In this document: piece after piece, positions 1 to 10,094 of the stretch
Layout of the letters: every line of letters begins with the position of its first letter
Numbering within the stretch: the stretch's first letter is position 1
Assembly (NCBI RefSeq): GCF_002803295.2
Contig: NZ_PGGB02000006.1
Location: 10,157 to 42,156, forward strand
Direction: 5' to 3'
DNA length: 32,000 nucleotides
DNA from: Caedibacter taeniospiralis
Lineage (GTDB): Bacteria; Pseudomonadota; Gammaproteobacteria; Francisellales; Francisellaceae
The notes under the pieces: model-generated
Databases searched by the model: none
Seen by the model: only the letters and a program-made list of their open reading frames with translations
Told to the model about the DNA's origin: nothing
Position numbers and translations under genes: made by a program

Positions 1-90
1 GCGATCGAACAAAATCTGTTGCGCTCGCACGAGCTTGCCCAGCAGTTTGGCAGTGTACTTACTCATGATGGACAAAAGGATAAAGTATGA
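1..90 (+). CDS. C-terminal fragment of a CDS entering from the left edge, possibly pyrroline-5-carboxylate reductase
   Basis: Frame 1 is open from base 1 and reads AIEQNLLRSHELAQQFGSVLTHDGQKDKV, then TGA at 88-90. The stop overlaps the yggT ATG (gtATGA). The tail resembles ProC C-termini, and proC-yggT adjacency is common in gammaproteobacteria. Only 29 aa are visible. Confidence 0.35.
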   Translation, partial: AIEQNLLRSHELAQQFGSVLTHDGQKDKV

Positions 91-644
91 TTAACGCATT
101 TAACAACGTCGGACTTTTTTTGATTGAAATTATTTTCAGTCTATTTGCTTATGCGCTGCTACTGCGCTTTTTTTTACAATGGGTGAAGGCAGACTTTTAT
201 AATCCGTTTTGTCAGCTGATTATGCGCATTACAAACCCCTTGTTAAAGCCATTGCGACGCGTCATTCCTGGATTTTTTGGTTTGGATTTTGCGGCTTTAG
301 TGTTGGCATATGCCGTCGTGCTGCTACAGATTATATTAGTGCAAATCCTGGGTGTAAAAAGCATGTATGTTCCTTGGGGAGTGATTTGGTTTATTTCTTT
401 AATTAAACTTATTCTCAATATTATCTGGATGTATATTATTTTGATCTTTATTCGATCCATCGCAAGCTGGTTTAGCCAAGGCTCATACAATCCCACCTTG
501 ATTGCATTAAACCAACTAACTGACCCTTTGCTGCGTAAAGCGCAAAAAATTATTCCGCCAACGCAAAGCGGGATTGATTTCTCACCGATGCTGGTGTTGA
601 TCGTGCTCATTTGTTTACAGATATTTATTTCATCAATTTTTTAA
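87..644 (+). CDS. yggT: YggT family integral membrane protein
   Basis: 185-aa ORF with four hydrophobic helices arranged as two similar halves (LLRFFLQW... and FIRSIASWF...), typical of the YggT/Ycf19 family. Confidence 0.8.
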   Translation: MINAFNNVGLFLIEIIFSLFAYALLLRFFLQWVKADFYNPFCQLIMRITNPLLKPLRRVIPGFFGLDFAALVLAYAVVLLQIILVQILGVKSMYVPWGVIWFISLIKLILNIIWMYIILIFIRSIASWFSQGSYNPTLIALNQLTDPLLRKAQKIIPPTQSGIDFSPMLVLIVLICLQIFISSIF

Positions 645-693
645 GGTTTAGGCAAATTTCCCGCTCTCTATTGTGTATTTAGGCTCTGAAGAA

Positions 694-1188
694 TCATTTT
701 TTAGGTGAAATATTTTTCGCCCCCATGCTTATCACAATCAAAATTATAGCACCAATGCAAATGGCAGAGTCAGCGATATTAAACGCTGGCCAGTGATAAT
801 TATTGAGATGAAAATCCAGGAAGTCGATGACGTAGCCATGAAGCATGCGGTCATATACATTACCCAGCGCGCCACCTAAAATAAGTGCCAAAGCACAGGC
901 AGTCAGGTTCTTGTTTTTCGGTAGTTTAGTAAGCCAGATTAAAATGACCACGGCGACAACGATGGCAATACCTGAGAGTAACACGACCTGCCATGTCGTA
1001 TCAGCATTGCTTAAAAAGCTAAATGCCGCACCATAATTATGCAAAAGGGTTAAATTAAAAAACGGCAATATTTCAACAGGTTTGGCATAGTTTAATGAGG
1101 CAGAGGCAAAATATTTGCTGCCAAGATCAATGATTATGACAACGATACTCAAGAGCACCCACCGCAATTGATTATTATGCAAACTCAC
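694..1188 (-). CDS. lspA: lipoprotein signal peptidase (signal peptidase II)
   Basis: ORF-track frame 694..1323 trimmed to the GTG at 1188, which is preceded by AAGGAGA (1194-1200). This gives 164 aa colinear with E. coli LspA ([33 protein letters not shown]). It overlaps the ileS stop by 14 nt. Confidence 0.9.
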   Translation of the reverse strand: MSLHNNQLRWVLLSIVVIIIDLGSKYFASASLNYAKPVEILPFFNLTLLHNYGAAFSFLSNADTTWQVVLLSGIAIVVAVVILIWLTKLPKNKNLTACALALILGGALGNVYDRMLHGYVIDFLDFHLNNYHWPAFNIADSAICIGAIILIVISMGAKNISPKK

Positions 1189-3982
1189 GATGTTCTCCTT
1201 GTTCAGTGGTGATATTTTCAACGCAGCGCTCACAAATATCAGGGTATTCACTATTTGAGCCAATATCTTCACGGCGGTGCCAGCAGCGTTCACATTTGGC
1301 GGCTTCGGATTTTTCAACCACAATGCTTAAGCCTTTGATTTCAGTGTCTATAGCAGCCGTGGTTTTTTGTGACAGCGGACAAAGATTGACGTTTGAAACG
1401 ATCAAAGCAAAGCGCAGTTCATCTTTGAGTTTGGCTAGTTGCGCATAAAGTTTCTCATCGGCAAATACGCTGACATTTGCCTCTAACGATGCTCCTAAAA
1501 CACCTTCAGCGCGCCTAAGCTCAAGGAGTTTGTTGCACTCAGTGCGCACATCTTGAATCATTTGCCAGTAAGCAAGATTAAGGGGATTGGAGTCTCTCAA
1601 TTGAGATAACCCTTGATACCACTCACAAGTTACAAATTGAGGTTTGTTGCCAGGAATGGCTGCATAAATTTCATCCGCGGTAAAGCAAAGAATCGGGGAC
1701 ATCCAGCGCACCAGCGCATGGATAATATGATACATTGCCGTTTGCGCAGATTTTCGTGCAAGACCATTAGCCTTGGCAGTATATTGACGATCTTTAATAA
1801 CATCCAGATAAAAACTACCCATATCAATGGAGCAAAAATGATGAATCTGTTGCGCAACAACGTGGAAATTATACTCATCATAGGCAGCGATAACTTTTTG
1901 TTGGACTTCATATGCGTTAGCAATTGCCCATTGATCCAGTGCCACTAATTGATCAAATGCCAGCGAATCTGTTTCTGGATCAAAGCCGTCAAGGTTTGCT
2001 AACAGAAAACGCGCGGTATTACGTAATCTCCTGTACGTATCGGCATTACGTTTTAGAATCTCATCAGAAACCGTCATTTCGGTGCGATAGTCAGTCGCGG
2101 CTACCCACAATCTTAGAATATCCGCACCCAAAGTATTAACGACATCTTGTGGAGAGACGACATTCCCTAAGGATTTAGACATTTTTTTGCCATGCGCATC
2201 AACCGTAAACCCATGGGTTAATACCTGCTTAAAAGGGGCTTGATCGCAACGCGCAAGACTCGTAAGCAGTGAAGTTTGAAACCAGCCACGATGCTGATCT
2301 GAGCCTTCTAAATATAAATCAGCGGGAAAGCGTAGATCTTTGTTATGCTCGAGTACACAGGCATTGGATGTGCCTGAGTCAAACCATACATCTAAGGTAT
2401 CGGTAACGCGCTGATACTCAGGTGTTTCACTAATAAACTGACTATCATCAGCATCAAACCAGGCTTCAACTCCACCCTTTTCAATTGCAAGGGCCACTTT
2501 CTCGATAATAGCCTCGGTCTTAGGATGTAATTCCTCTGTTTCCTTATGGATAAACAATGGAATTGGCACCCCCCAGGTACGCTGACGCGAGATACACCAA
2601 TCAGGGCGACCCTGCATCATCGCTTCAATGCGATTTTGCCCCCAGCTTGGCACCCATTTAACCTCTTTGATGGTTTCCTCGGCACGCGTACGCAAATGAT
2701 TGTTTTCCATGCTGATAAACCACTGCGGTGTTGCACGAAAAATAAGAGGGGTTTTATGGCGCCAGCAGTGTGGATAACTATGTTCTAGTTTATGTAGATT
2801 AAGCAGGGCATTCTTTTCTTTAAGCACTTCAACGACGTGGTCATTTGCCTTAAAGACAAATTCACCTGCAAATAGTTCGGTATTATCGTGGTAGCAACCC
2901 TGATTGTTAACTGGGTTATCAATGGGTAAAGCATGCAATTTACCTAGAGCAAAATCCTCAACCCCGTGCGCAGGTGCGGTGTGTACCAATCCCGTACCCG
3001 AGTCAACCGTCACATGATCACCATGCAACACTGGCACGATGCGATTGTAAAATGGGTGATGCACTTGCAATTGTGTCAGCTCATCACCAGAAACGCTGGC
3101 AAGAATATGATATTCATCAATGTTCGCGCGCTTCATCAGGGCTTCCACTAGCTCGGTGGCAACAATAATATATTGATCCTTGTGAAAATTGACAACGGCA
3201 TAGCTTATTTCGTTATGCACGGCAATCGCCTGGTTGGCAGGTAGTGTCCATGGTGTCGTTGTCCAGATAACTGCAGCAGTGTTATCAGATAAATGATCCA
3301 GACCAAAAGCTTCTGCCCATTTTTCAGGTTCGACAATGGGGAACTTGACATCAATCGCAGGGGAAACTTTATCTTTGTATTCTACTTCAGCCTCAGCCAA
3401 TGCTGAGCCACACTCAGGGCACCAGTGCACTGGTTTGAAACCCTTGGTTAAGTGTCCATTTTTAATAATGCTGCCAAGCGTTCTAACAATATTAGCTTCA
3501 TAATCGAAGTTCATGGTTAAGTAAGGCTTATCCCAATCGCCCAGCACGCCTAGGCGTTTGAAGTCAACTGCTTGGCGTTCAACCTGCTTCTTAGCATAGT
3601 GACGACATTCTTTACGAAAGGCATTGGCATCAATTTTGACCCCCGCTTTACCCACCTTTTTTTCCACTTGATGTTCGATTGGCAGACCATGACAATCCCA
3701 ACCTGGCACATAGGGGGCATCAAACCCTGAAAGCGTTTTTGAGCGCACGACCATGTCTTTTAAAATCTTGTTGACCGCATGCCCTACGTGAATATCTCCA
3801 TTGGCATAAGGAGGTCCATCATGCAGAATGAATTTTTCACGTCCTGAGAAATGCTGACGAATTTTTTGATAAACCCCTTCATCTTCCCACTGTTTTAAGC
3901 GTAGTGGTTCCCTTTGCGCTAAATTTGCCTTCATTGCGAAGGATGTTTTAGGCAAGTTTAAAGTGCTTTTATAGTCTGCCAT
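1175..3982 (-). CDS. ileS: isoleucine--tRNA ligase
   Basis: 935 aa with class I HIGH ([14 protein letters not shown]) and KMSKS ([10 protein letters not shown]) motifs and a C-terminal Cys cluster (CERCWHR...CERC). Full-length IleS architecture. Confidence 0.97.
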   Translation of the reverse strand: MADYKSTLNLPKTSFAMKANLAQREPLRLKQWEDEGVYQKIRQHFSGREKFILHDGPPYANGDIHVGHAVNKILKDMVVRSKTLSGFDAPYVPGWDCHGLPIEHQVEKKVGKAGVKIDANAFRKECRHYAKKQVERQAVDFKRLGVLGDWDKPYLTMNFDYEANIVRTLGSIIKNGHLTKGFKPVHWCPECGSALAEAEVEYKDKVSPAIDVKFPIVEPEKWAEAFGLDHLSDNTAAVIWTTTPWTLPANQAIAVHNEISYAVVNFHKDQYIIVATELVEALMKRANIDEYHILASVSGDELTQLQVHHPFYNRIVPVLHGDHVTVDSGTGLVHTAPAHGVEDFALGKLHALPIDNPVNNQGCYHDNTELFAGEFVFKANDHVVEVLKEKNALLNLHKLEHSYPHCWRHKTPLIFRATPQWFISMENNHLRTRAEETIKEVKWVPSWGQNRIEAMMQGRPDWCISRQRTWGVPIPLFIHKETEELHPKTEAIIEKVALAIEKGGVEAWFDADDSQFISETPEYQRVTDTLDVWFDSGTSNACVLEHNKDLRFPADLYLEGSDQHRGWFQTSLLTSLARCDQAPFKQVLTHGFTVDAHGKKMSKSLGNVVSPQDVVNTLGADILRLWVAATDYRTEMTVSDEILKRNADTYRRLRNTARFLLANLDGFDPETDSLAFDQLVALDQWAIANAYEVQQKVIAAYDEYNFHVVAQQIHHFCSIDMGSFYLDVIKDRQYTAKANGLARKSAQTAMYHIIHALVRWMSPILCFTADEIYAAIPGNKPQFVTCEWYQGLSQLRDSNPLNLAYWQMIQDVRTECNKLLELRRAEGVLGASLEANVSVFADEKLYAQLAKLKDELRFALIVSNVNLCPLSQKTTAAIDTEIKGLSIVVEKSEAAKCERCWHRREDIGSNSEYPDICERCVENITTEQGEHREFA

Positions 3983-3984
3983 AT

Positions 3985-4938
3985 CTAAACCTTTTCATTG
4001 ATTGCTAACCTGTGTTGTTCCAGCCAGTCAAGTGCGACCTGTTTGTCTTTCACAATCTGCTCTTTTAGTGCATCCAAGCTTGAAAACTTCTGTTCACTGC
4101 GTACAAAATGCAAGAACTCAATCGTAACATATTGCCCATATAAGTCATGCGCAAAACTGAAAATATGTATTTCTAAGAGCCTTATTTTGCCGCATACGGT
4201 GGGACGCACGCCAATATTGGCAACGCCACGATAAACTTTGTCTTTAATATGGACGTTGACAACATAAACCCCTGACGCAGCAACCTGTGTTGGCATCGGG
4301 ATGTTGATGGTTGGAAAGCCAATTTTACGACCATTTTGATCACCGTGATGAACGCGCCCACTTAAGGTATACGCTCGACCAAGAAACGCTTTGACTTCGT
4401 TAAATTTTCCTCTGCCAATTAATTCACGAATATAGCTGCTACTAATGCGCGTTCCCAAAAGCGTGTAAGAAGGCAAACTCTCAACACTGAACCCATGTTG
4501 CTTACCCAGTGCCTGCAAAAGCGTAAAATCACCCTCACGCTTATAACCAAAGCGAAAATCATCACCAATAATAACATGGATTGCATTAAGCCCATCAACA
4601 AGGATTTGTTTAACAAAGGCTTCTGGGCTTAAGCTCGCTAGTTTTTGATTGAACTGAAGGCATAAAACCTGGTCGACATCGAGTATCTTAAGCGCCTGGA
4701 TTTTATCGCGAAAGGGTGTGATACGCAGGGGTGCTTGATCTTTTAAAAAAAACTCTTTGGGTTGCGGCTCAAAGCACACGACACAGGTTCGCGCTCTTTG
4801 CGTCTGTGCTAATCGCTGCATATGATGGATAATCTGGCGATGTCCCAGGTGCATGCCATCAAAATTTCCAATGGTGACGATGCTTGGGGTGTTGTGATGT
4901 TTAATATGGTTTAAATCTGCAAGTCGTAACAGTTGCAT
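3985..4938 (-). CDS. ribF: bifunctional riboflavin kinase / FMN adenylyltransferase
   Basis: 317 aa with an N-terminal nucleotidyltransferase motif ([10 protein letters not shown]) and a C-terminal riboflavin kinase domain (GFPTINI). Its stop lies 2 nt before the ileS ATG, matching the ribF-ileS-lspA order of E. coli. Confidence 0.95.
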   Translation of the reverse strand: MQLLRLADLNHIKHHNTPSIVTIGNFDGMHLGHRQIIHHMQRLAQTQRARTCVVCFEPQPKEFFLKDQAPLRITPFRDKIQALKILDVDQVLCLQFNQKLASLSPEAFVKQILVDGLNAIHVIIGDDFRFGYKREGDFTLLQALGKQHGFSVESLPSYTLLGTRISSSYIRELIGRGKFNEVKAFLGRAYTLSGRVHHGDQNGRKIGFPTINIPMPTQVAASGVYVVNVHIKDKVYRGVANIGVRPTVCGKIRLLEIHIFSFAHDLYGQYVTIEFLHFVRSEQKFSSLDALKEQIVKDKQVALDWLEQHRLAINEKV

Positions 4939-5057
4939 GTGTGTGGTATGCCTGCTTATTACCCCTAATATTTTTTGGGGGGTGATTGAAACTGCTGGGC
5001 ATTATATCAGTTAAGAATGATTTTGCAGTACTTATTCACTACACACATCCAGGATGC

Positions 5058-5065
5058 TGTATAAT
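5058..5065 (+). promoter_or_regulatory. candidate extended -10 promoter (TGtTATAAT) for the fic gene
   Basis: TG at 5058-5059 and TATAAT at 5060-5065, 35 nt upstream of the fic ATG. A purine-rich SD (AAGAGG) sits about 10 nt before the ATG. No good -35 element. Sequence pattern only. Confidence 0.4.
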
Positions 5066-5099
5066 CTAGCGGGCTTGATTTTCTAAGAGGTTTAACGAT

Positions 5100-5834
5100 A
5101 TGTATTTTGCAAAATATGATCAAATGAAAGAAAAGCTTGATAGCTATCGACCTTTATCTTATGAATTGCTCCATAATTTGCATGAAAATTTGATTTTAGA
5201 CTGGACGTATCACTCTAATGCTATTGAGGGCAATACGCTAACGCTAAAAGAGACGAGAATTGCTCTTGAAGGTATTACGGTTGGTGGCAAAACCTTGAGA
5301 GAGCATTTTGAAGCAATAAATCATAAAGATGCCATTTTATATGTTGAAGGCTTGGTGTCTCAAGTTGAACCCATTACCGAATGGGTGATTAAATCGATAC
5401 ATCAATTGATATTAAAAAACATCGATGATAGTAATGCAGGAAAATATCGCACAATCAATGTCAAAATTATGGGCGCTAAACACATTCCCCCTGAGTACAT
5501 TCATTTGCCACAATTAATGCAAGAGTTAATTGCAAGCCATGAATCATGGTGTAGTTTGCATCCTATAGAAAGAGCAGCAAGATTGCATGGTGAGTTTGTT
5601 AAAATTCATCCCTTTGTAGATGGTAATGGAAGAACGAGCAGGCTTTTGATGAATCTGGTTTTGATGCAAAACGGTTATCCTGCGGTTGTGCTGCCTGTTG
5701 AGAAAAGACTGGAATATTATCATGCGCTGGATAAAGCACATATGACAAATGATTATGATGATTTTATTGACTTGTTGTGCGCCATTGTGGAGGAGTCCTT
5801 TAAAACCTACTGGTTTGCTTTAGGCGTGAAATAG
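5100..5834 (+). CDS. Fic family protein (probable AMP transferase) with N-terminal inhibitory motif
   Basis: 244 aa. Canonical Fic motif HPFVDGNGRTSRLL (HxFx[D/E]GNGRxxR). The upstream SNAIEG fits the [S/T]xxxE[G/N] auto-inhibitory helix motif of class II Fic proteins. Confidence 0.9.
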   Translation: MYFAKYDQMKEKLDSYRPLSYELLHNLHENLILDWTYHSNAIEGNTLTLKETRIALEGITVGGKTLREHFEAINHKDAILYVEGLVSQVEPITEWVIKSIHQLILKNIDDSNAGKYRTINVKIMGAKHIPPEYIHLPQLMQELIASHESWCSLHPIERAARLHGEFVKIHPFVDGNGRTSRLLMNLVLMQNGYPAVVLPVEKRLEYYHALDKAHMTNDYDDFIDLLCAIVEESFKTYWFALGVK

Positions 5835-5851
5835 TGGCGCGTAACACCGAG

Positions 5852-6079
5852 CTATGCTTCTACTGCAATGCAAATAAGCACTTCGTCGGATTGAATAGAA
5901 GCCAGTGGTTCTTTGACATATTTGACCTTGCCAGAGATAAGCTGGCAACGGCAAGTACCACAAACCCCATTGCGACACTGAAAGTTTGCGGCAATGCCTT
6001 CATTTTCCAAGGCTTCTAATATTGTTAAATCTGTATCCTCAACCTGAATGATTTGGTCATTAAGGTAAATGGCAAGCAT
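5852..6079 (-). CDS. yfaE: 2Fe-2S ferredoxin YfaE (RNR diferric-tyrosyl radical maintenance)
   Basis: ORF 5852..6145 trimmed to the ATG at 6079, which has a GGAGA SD about 8 nt upstream. 75 aa reading MLAIYLND...FQCRNGVCGTCRCQL, colinear with E. coli YfaE (YQCREGYCGSCR). It lies downstream of nrdB as in E. coli. The longer ORF start runs into a REP element. Confidence 0.8.
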   Translation of the reverse strand: MLAIYLNDQIIQVEDTDLTILEALENEGIAANFQCRNGVCGTCRCQLISGKVKYVKEPLASIQSDEVLICIAVEA

Positions 6080-6113
6080 TGTTAGTGATCTCCAACTTAT
6101 TAACGCACTTGGT

Positions 6114-6198
6114 GTAGGGTGGATAAACGAAAGCGCGTCCACCAATACTCAACCTGTTTGTTTTTCCGCGTGGATGCGCTTTCGCTTATCCACCCTAC
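6114..6198. repeat. inverted pair of REP-like 30-nt elements (BIME-like)
   Basis: 6114-6143 is gtagggtggataaacgaaagcgcgtccacc. The reverse complement of 6169-6198 is gtagggtggataagcgaaagcgcatccacg, which matches at 27/30. Each copy is itself a hairpin (gtggat/atccac stem, gc-GAAA-gc apex). The form resembles E. coli REP (..GGATGCG...CGCTTATCC.GCCTAC). Confidence 0.75.
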
Positions 6199-6250
6199 TA
6201 CTTTCATAACAAAACAGAATCTTGGGGTTGACCATATTTCTTCCCACAAG

Positions 6251-6308
6251 GGCGTATTCAATACGCCCCTACGATTGTTTAAACGAAAAATGGGCTGAAA
6301 TTCTGTCA
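6251..6308 (-). repeat. copy 1 of a ~58-nt dispersed repeat (partner at 10441-10496)
   Basis: The reverse complement tgacagaatttcagcccatttttcgtttaaacaatcgtaggggcgtattgaatacgcc aligns by eye with 10441-10496 at about 48/58 positions. It contains the hairpin gggcgtat-tca-atacgccc. Confidence 0.65.
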
Positions 6309-6336
6309 AAGCCAGGATTTTTAAATTTGAGCTCCC

Positions 6337-7488
6337 CTACAGCTCAAAACCACTAAAAGCATTGTCTGAAACGTTACTGTCAATTTGACCGACAAGATAG
6401 GAGCTGATTTCGGTTTCTTGTGGCGCGACCTGGACATTGTCTGAGTTAAGATAGTGATTAATCCAGGGAATGGGATTATTTTTGGGTGCATTAATATCAT
6501 GGGTCTCAAGACCTACAGCCTGCATGCGCTCTTTGGCTAAATAGTCGATGTATTGGCAAAGGATCTGTTCATTAAGTCCCAGGATTGAACCATGAGCAAA
6601 GAGGTATTTCGCCCAGGCTTTTTCCTGCAATATGGTCTCTTTAAAAATGGCTTCTGCTTCAACTTGTGAATGGCAGGCGATTTCACTTAATTCTGTATCA
6701 CCATCTTTACCCGACAAGATAATATTAATCATATGCTGGGTGCTGGTTAGGTGGATGGATTCATCACGGGCAATAAGCTTCATGATTTTGCCACAGCCTT
6801 CCAGTTTTTTTTGCTCAGAAAAAGCAAAGGTGCAGGCAAAACTGACATAAAAGCGAATAGCCTCAAGTGCATTTACGGCATGGAGTGCAAGATACAGTCC
6901 TTTTTTAACGGTTTGTTCACTTATCTCAATCGATTTTCCGTGAATGACGTAGTTCCCTACCCCTTGCGTTTGTAGAAGCTGCGTTTGCACAATCAGCTGA
7001 TCATAATAGTAAGTAATATTCTGTGCACGTTTACGAATTTCGGTATTATCAACAATAGCATCAAAAACGGGAGTTGGATCATCCATCAACGATCTCACCA
7101 TATGCGTATACGAACGGCTATGAATCGTCTCAAAAAAACTCCAGGTTTCAATCCAGGTTTCAAGTTCAGGCAAAGACACCAAGGGTAGAAAAGCAATATT
7201 GGGACTTCGACCCTGGACCGAGTCCAGCAAAGTCTGGTATTGCAGGTTGGATAAAAAAATATGACGTTCAATTTCGCTGAATTTTTGAAAATCAATACGA
7301 TCTCGACTTAAATCTACTTCCTCTGGACGCCAAAAGAAAGACAACTGCTTTTCAATTAAGCGCTCAAAAATGGGATGTTTTTGCTGATCAAAGCGCGACA
7401 CATTAACTGAGGCGCCAAAGAACATGGGTTCATAGAGTTGATGATTGGACTTCGTTTGAAAAGTTGAATAAGTATAATAGTTTGTCAT
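6337..7488 (-). CDS. nrdB: class Ia ribonucleotide reductase beta subunit
   Basis: 383 aa, colinear with E. coli NrdB from the N-terminus ([33 protein letters not shown]) to the C-terminal tail. Confidence 0.97.
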   Translation of the reverse strand: MTNYYTYSTFQTKSNHQLYEPMFFGASVNVSRFDQQKHPIFERLIEKQLSFFWRPEEVDLSRDRIDFQKFSEIERHIFLSNLQYQTLLDSVQGRSPNIAFLPLVSLPELETWIETWSFFETIHSRSYTHMVRSLMDDPTPVFDAIVDNTEIRKRAQNITYYYDQLIVQTQLLQTQGVGNYVIHGKSIEISEQTVKKGLYLALHAVNALEAIRFYVSFACTFAFSEQKKLEGCGKIMKLIARDESIHLTSTQHMINIILSGKDGDTELSEIACHSQVEAEAIFKETILQEKAWAKYLFAHGSILGLNEQILCQYIDYLAKERMQAVGLETHDINAPKNNPIPWINHYLNSDNVQVAPQETEISSYLVGQIDSNVSDNAFSGFEL

Positions 7489-7497
7489 GATAATACC

Positions 7498-9768
7498 TTA
7501 AATTTTACATGCGCCAGATTCGCATTCATCAGCTTCCATGGCGTGAGATGCTTTTTGTTCAGAATGGTCGCGTGTATTGTGATAATAAAGGGTTTTTAAG
7601 CCATATTTATAAGCGATAAGAAGATCAGCCATCAAGGTTTGCATCGGAACCTTTTGCTCGCTAAAACGCACAGGATCATAGTTGGTGTTCGCTGAGATGG
7701 ATTGATCGATGAATTTTTGGATAATCGCACAAATTTCTAAGTAACCACGATTATCGGGCATTTGCCATAAAAGCTCATACTGATTGCCTAAGCGCGTAAT
7801 TTCAGGAACGACTTGCTTTAATACCCCATCTTTACTTTGTTTGATAGACACCAGTCCGCGGGGTGGCTCAATCCCATTGGTTGCATTAGCAATTTGCGAG
7901 GAGGTTTCAGAGGGCATAATGGCACTTAAAGTTGAGTTTCTAAGACCATATTGTTGAATATCCTTGCGTAGAGTTTCCCAGTCATGTTGCAAAGGGAAAT
8001 GGGCAAATTCATCGATATTCTTCTTATAGTGATCAATCGGTAACAGACCTTGTGCGTAATTAGTCTCATGAAAATATGCACAAGCTGATTTCTCTTTGGC
8101 AAGGCGATTGGACGCGTTTAATAAATAATACTGAATTGCTTCAAAGGTCTGGTGTGTGAGTTTATTGGCGCTGCCATCACTGTATCTGACCTTGTTTTTT
8201 GCCAAATAGTAAGCGAAGTTAATGACACCAACGCCGAGACTACGTCTGGCTTTAGCAGGGATTTCAGCCGCTTTTAGTGGATAGTTCTGATAATCCAACA
8301 AGTGATCAAGTGCGCTCACAATTAAAAACGTAAGATGCTTAAGCTCATCCAAAGAATCAATCGCCCCAAGATTAAAAGCCGAAAGCGTACACAAGGCAAT
8401 CTCGCCTTCTTCATCAAAAATATGCTGAAGTGGCTTGGTGGGAAGTGTTATTTCCATGCACAGATTAGACTGCTTAATGGGGGCAAGTTTTGGGTTAAAC
8501 GCGGAGTGGGTGTTACAATGGTCAACGTTTTGAATATAGATTCGCCCCGTTTGCGCACGCTCTTGCATAAGTAAAGAAAAAAGCTCAGTCGCTTTAATCT
8601 TCTTCTTGCGAATCCGCGGATTGGCTTCACCAGCAATATAAAGTCTTTCAAATTCCGCTTGATCAGCAAAAAACGCATCGTAAAGTCCAGGAACATCAGA
8701 AGGACTAAACAATGTGATCTCTTTTTGTTCAATCAAGCGCTGATACATCAGTTTATTGATTTGGACGCCATAATCCAAATGGCGGATACGATTGTCCTCA
8801 ACGCCACGATTATTCTTAAGCACCAAAAGGGACTCCACTTCCAAATGCCAAAGTGGATAAAAAAGTGTCGCCGCTCCTCCACGCACACCTCCTTGAGAGC
8901 AGGACTTAACAGCGGTTTGGAAATATTTATAAAATGGGATGCAACCCGTGTGTAGAGCTTCTCCACCTCTGATTTCACTTCCCAACGCGCGGATTTTGCC
9001 TGCATTAATCCCAATGCCTGCGCGTTGTGAGACGTATTTGACAATGGCAGATGCCGAGGCATTAATCGAGTCCAGGCTATCATCGGTATCAATTAACACA
9101 CATGAGCTAAATTGTCTGGTAGGAGTCCTGACCCCTGCCATAATCGGGGTGGGCAGTGAAATTTTGAACTGACTAATAGCATCATAAAAATCAAGTACAT
9201 ATTGCAGGCGAGTTGATCTCTCATGCTTGCTAAAAAGGCAGGCACTCACCAGCATATAAAGCATCTGTGGTGTTTCATAAATTTGACCCGTGACACGATT
9301 TTGCACCAGATATTTGCCTTGCATTTGATTCACCGCGGCGTAAGTGAAGTTCATATCGCGCCAATGATCGATATGCTTATTCATTAAATCAAACTCTTCA
9401 TGCGTATAATCTTCAAGTAACTTGGCATCATACTTGTTAAGCTCAACAAGCTTTTTAACCTGATCATATAAATGAGGGGACTCAAATTGACCATAAGCCA
9501 GTTTTCGCAAATGAAAAATCGCCAAACGTGCTGCCATATATTGATAATCTGGTGTTTCCTCAGAAATTAAATCAGCCGCGGTTTTAATAATAATGGCTTG
9601 AATGTCGGATGTTTTCATGCCCTCATATAGCTGAATGTGAGATTGAAGTTCAACTTGTGAAACCGAAACATTTTCTAAACCTTCAGCAGCCCAGGTGATC
9701 ACGCGGTGAATTTTATCCAGGTTGACAGGCTCTAGCTTGCCTGATCTTTTCATGACATTAACGTGCAT
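7498..9768 (-). CDS. nrdA: class Ia ribonucleotide reductase alpha subunit
   Basis: 756 aa, very similar to E. coli NrdA along its full length (ATP-cone N-terminus NLDKIHRV..WAAEGL, SNLCMEI active-site region, C-terminal CESGACKI). 9 nt separate its stop from the nrdB ATG. Confidence 0.97.
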   Translation of the reverse strand: MHVNVMKRSGKLEPVNLDKIHRVITWAAEGLENVSVSQVELQSHIQLYEGMKTSDIQAIIIKTAADLISEETPDYQYMAARLAIFHLRKLAYGQFESPHLYDQVKKLVELNKYDAKLLEDYTHEEFDLMNKHIDHWRDMNFTYAAVNQMQGKYLVQNRVTGQIYETPQMLYMLVSACLFSKHERSTRLQYVLDFYDAISQFKISLPTPIMAGVRTPTRQFSSCVLIDTDDSLDSINASASAIVKYVSQRAGIGINAGKIRALGSEIRGGEALHTGCIPFYKYFQTAVKSCSQGGVRGGAATLFYPLWHLEVESLLVLKNNRGVEDNRIRHLDYGVQINKLMYQRLIEQKEITLFSPSDVPGLYDAFFADQAEFERLYIAGEANPRIRKKKIKATELFSLLMQERAQTGRIYIQNVDHCNTHSAFNPKLAPIKQSNLCMEITLPTKPLQHIFDEEGEIALCTLSAFNLGAIDSLDELKHLTFLIVSALDHLLDYQNYPLKAAEIPAKARRSLGVGVINFAYYLAKNKVRYSDGSANKLTHQTFEAIQYYLLNASNRLAKEKSACAYFHETNYAQGLLPIDHYKKNIDEFAHFPLQHDWETLRKDIQQYGLRNSTLSAIMPSETSSQIANATNGIEPPRGLVSIKQSKDGVLKQVVPEITRLGNQYELLWQMPDNRGYLEICAIIQKFIDQSISANTNYDPVRFSEQKVPMQTLMADLLIAYKYGLKTLYYHNTRDHSEQKASHAMEADECESGACKI

Positions 9769-9842
9769 TCTTTCGTTTTCCCTTTGGTAGGTGGTGAGTA
9801 AAACAAAAGCAGCGTGGAAAATTTAAGGCACAGCTTCATTTA

Positions 9843-10015
9843 CTGGATCTATGCACTTTTGCTGGCTTTCCGAAAATTCCCCTTCGTTAGCGAAGGGGGG
9901 TGAAAAGCGCCCGAAAGAAGCAAACAGTTTTGCTTCTTTAGCTTTGAACGCCACAAGCTCTGCGCGTGAAGCAGACGGGGTAGTCTTTAAAGCCAGCAAA
10001 AGTGCATAGATCCAG
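9843..10015. repeat. 173-bp element bounded by perfect 27-bp inverted repeats (MITE-like element or large leader hairpin)
   Basis: 9843-9869 (ctggatctatgcacttttgctggcttt) is the exact reverse complement of 9989-10015. The interior holds two hairpins: ccccttcg-ttag-cgaagggg (9879-9898) and aaagaagcaaa-cagt-tttgcttcttt (9914-9939). It lies inside the nrdA leader. No obvious target-site duplication. Confidence 0.7.
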
Positions 10016-10094
10016 CAAACAAAACGCTGTTAGTCAATGAACATACATTGACTCATGTGCTCGCTTTGTTCCACGAAAGCTTTTCACACAGTCA

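Noticed and set aside
212-610. Antisense or overlapping ORFs inside yggT, ileS, ribF, nrdA, nrdB, msbA, kdsD, uvrB, tgt and others in the ORF track
   Set aside because: Each lies within a longer, strongly supported CDS on the same or opposite strand. None has recognisable motifs or translation signals.
6080-6309. 69-aa ORF 6100..6309 and the 22-codon N-terminal extension of the yfaE ORF to 6145
   Set aside because: Both read through the REP-like hairpins (peptides VGWISESAS and VDALSFIHPT are repeat translations). The internal ATG at 6079 has a GGAGA SD and gives a YfaE-length protein.
7141-7175. Direct repeat tccaggtttcaa x2 inside nrdB
   Set aside because: It encodes the conserved ETWIETW segment of NrdB (compare E. 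coli LWVETW). It is a coding-sequence coincidence, not an independent element.
9843-10015. Possibility that the inverted-repeat element encodes an RsmY/RsmZ-type sRNA
   Set aside because: It has almost no GGA motifs in predicted loops, and its architecture (27-bp perfect closing stem) is unlike CsrA-sequestering RNAs.
10020-10065. 8-codon ORF (MSQCMFID) and the 8-bp hairpin agtcaatg/cattgact just downstream of the riboswitch
   Set aside because: The ORF has no SD and is too short to evaluate. The hairpin may be part of the expression platform, but I cannot show that alternative pairing with the aptamer exists.
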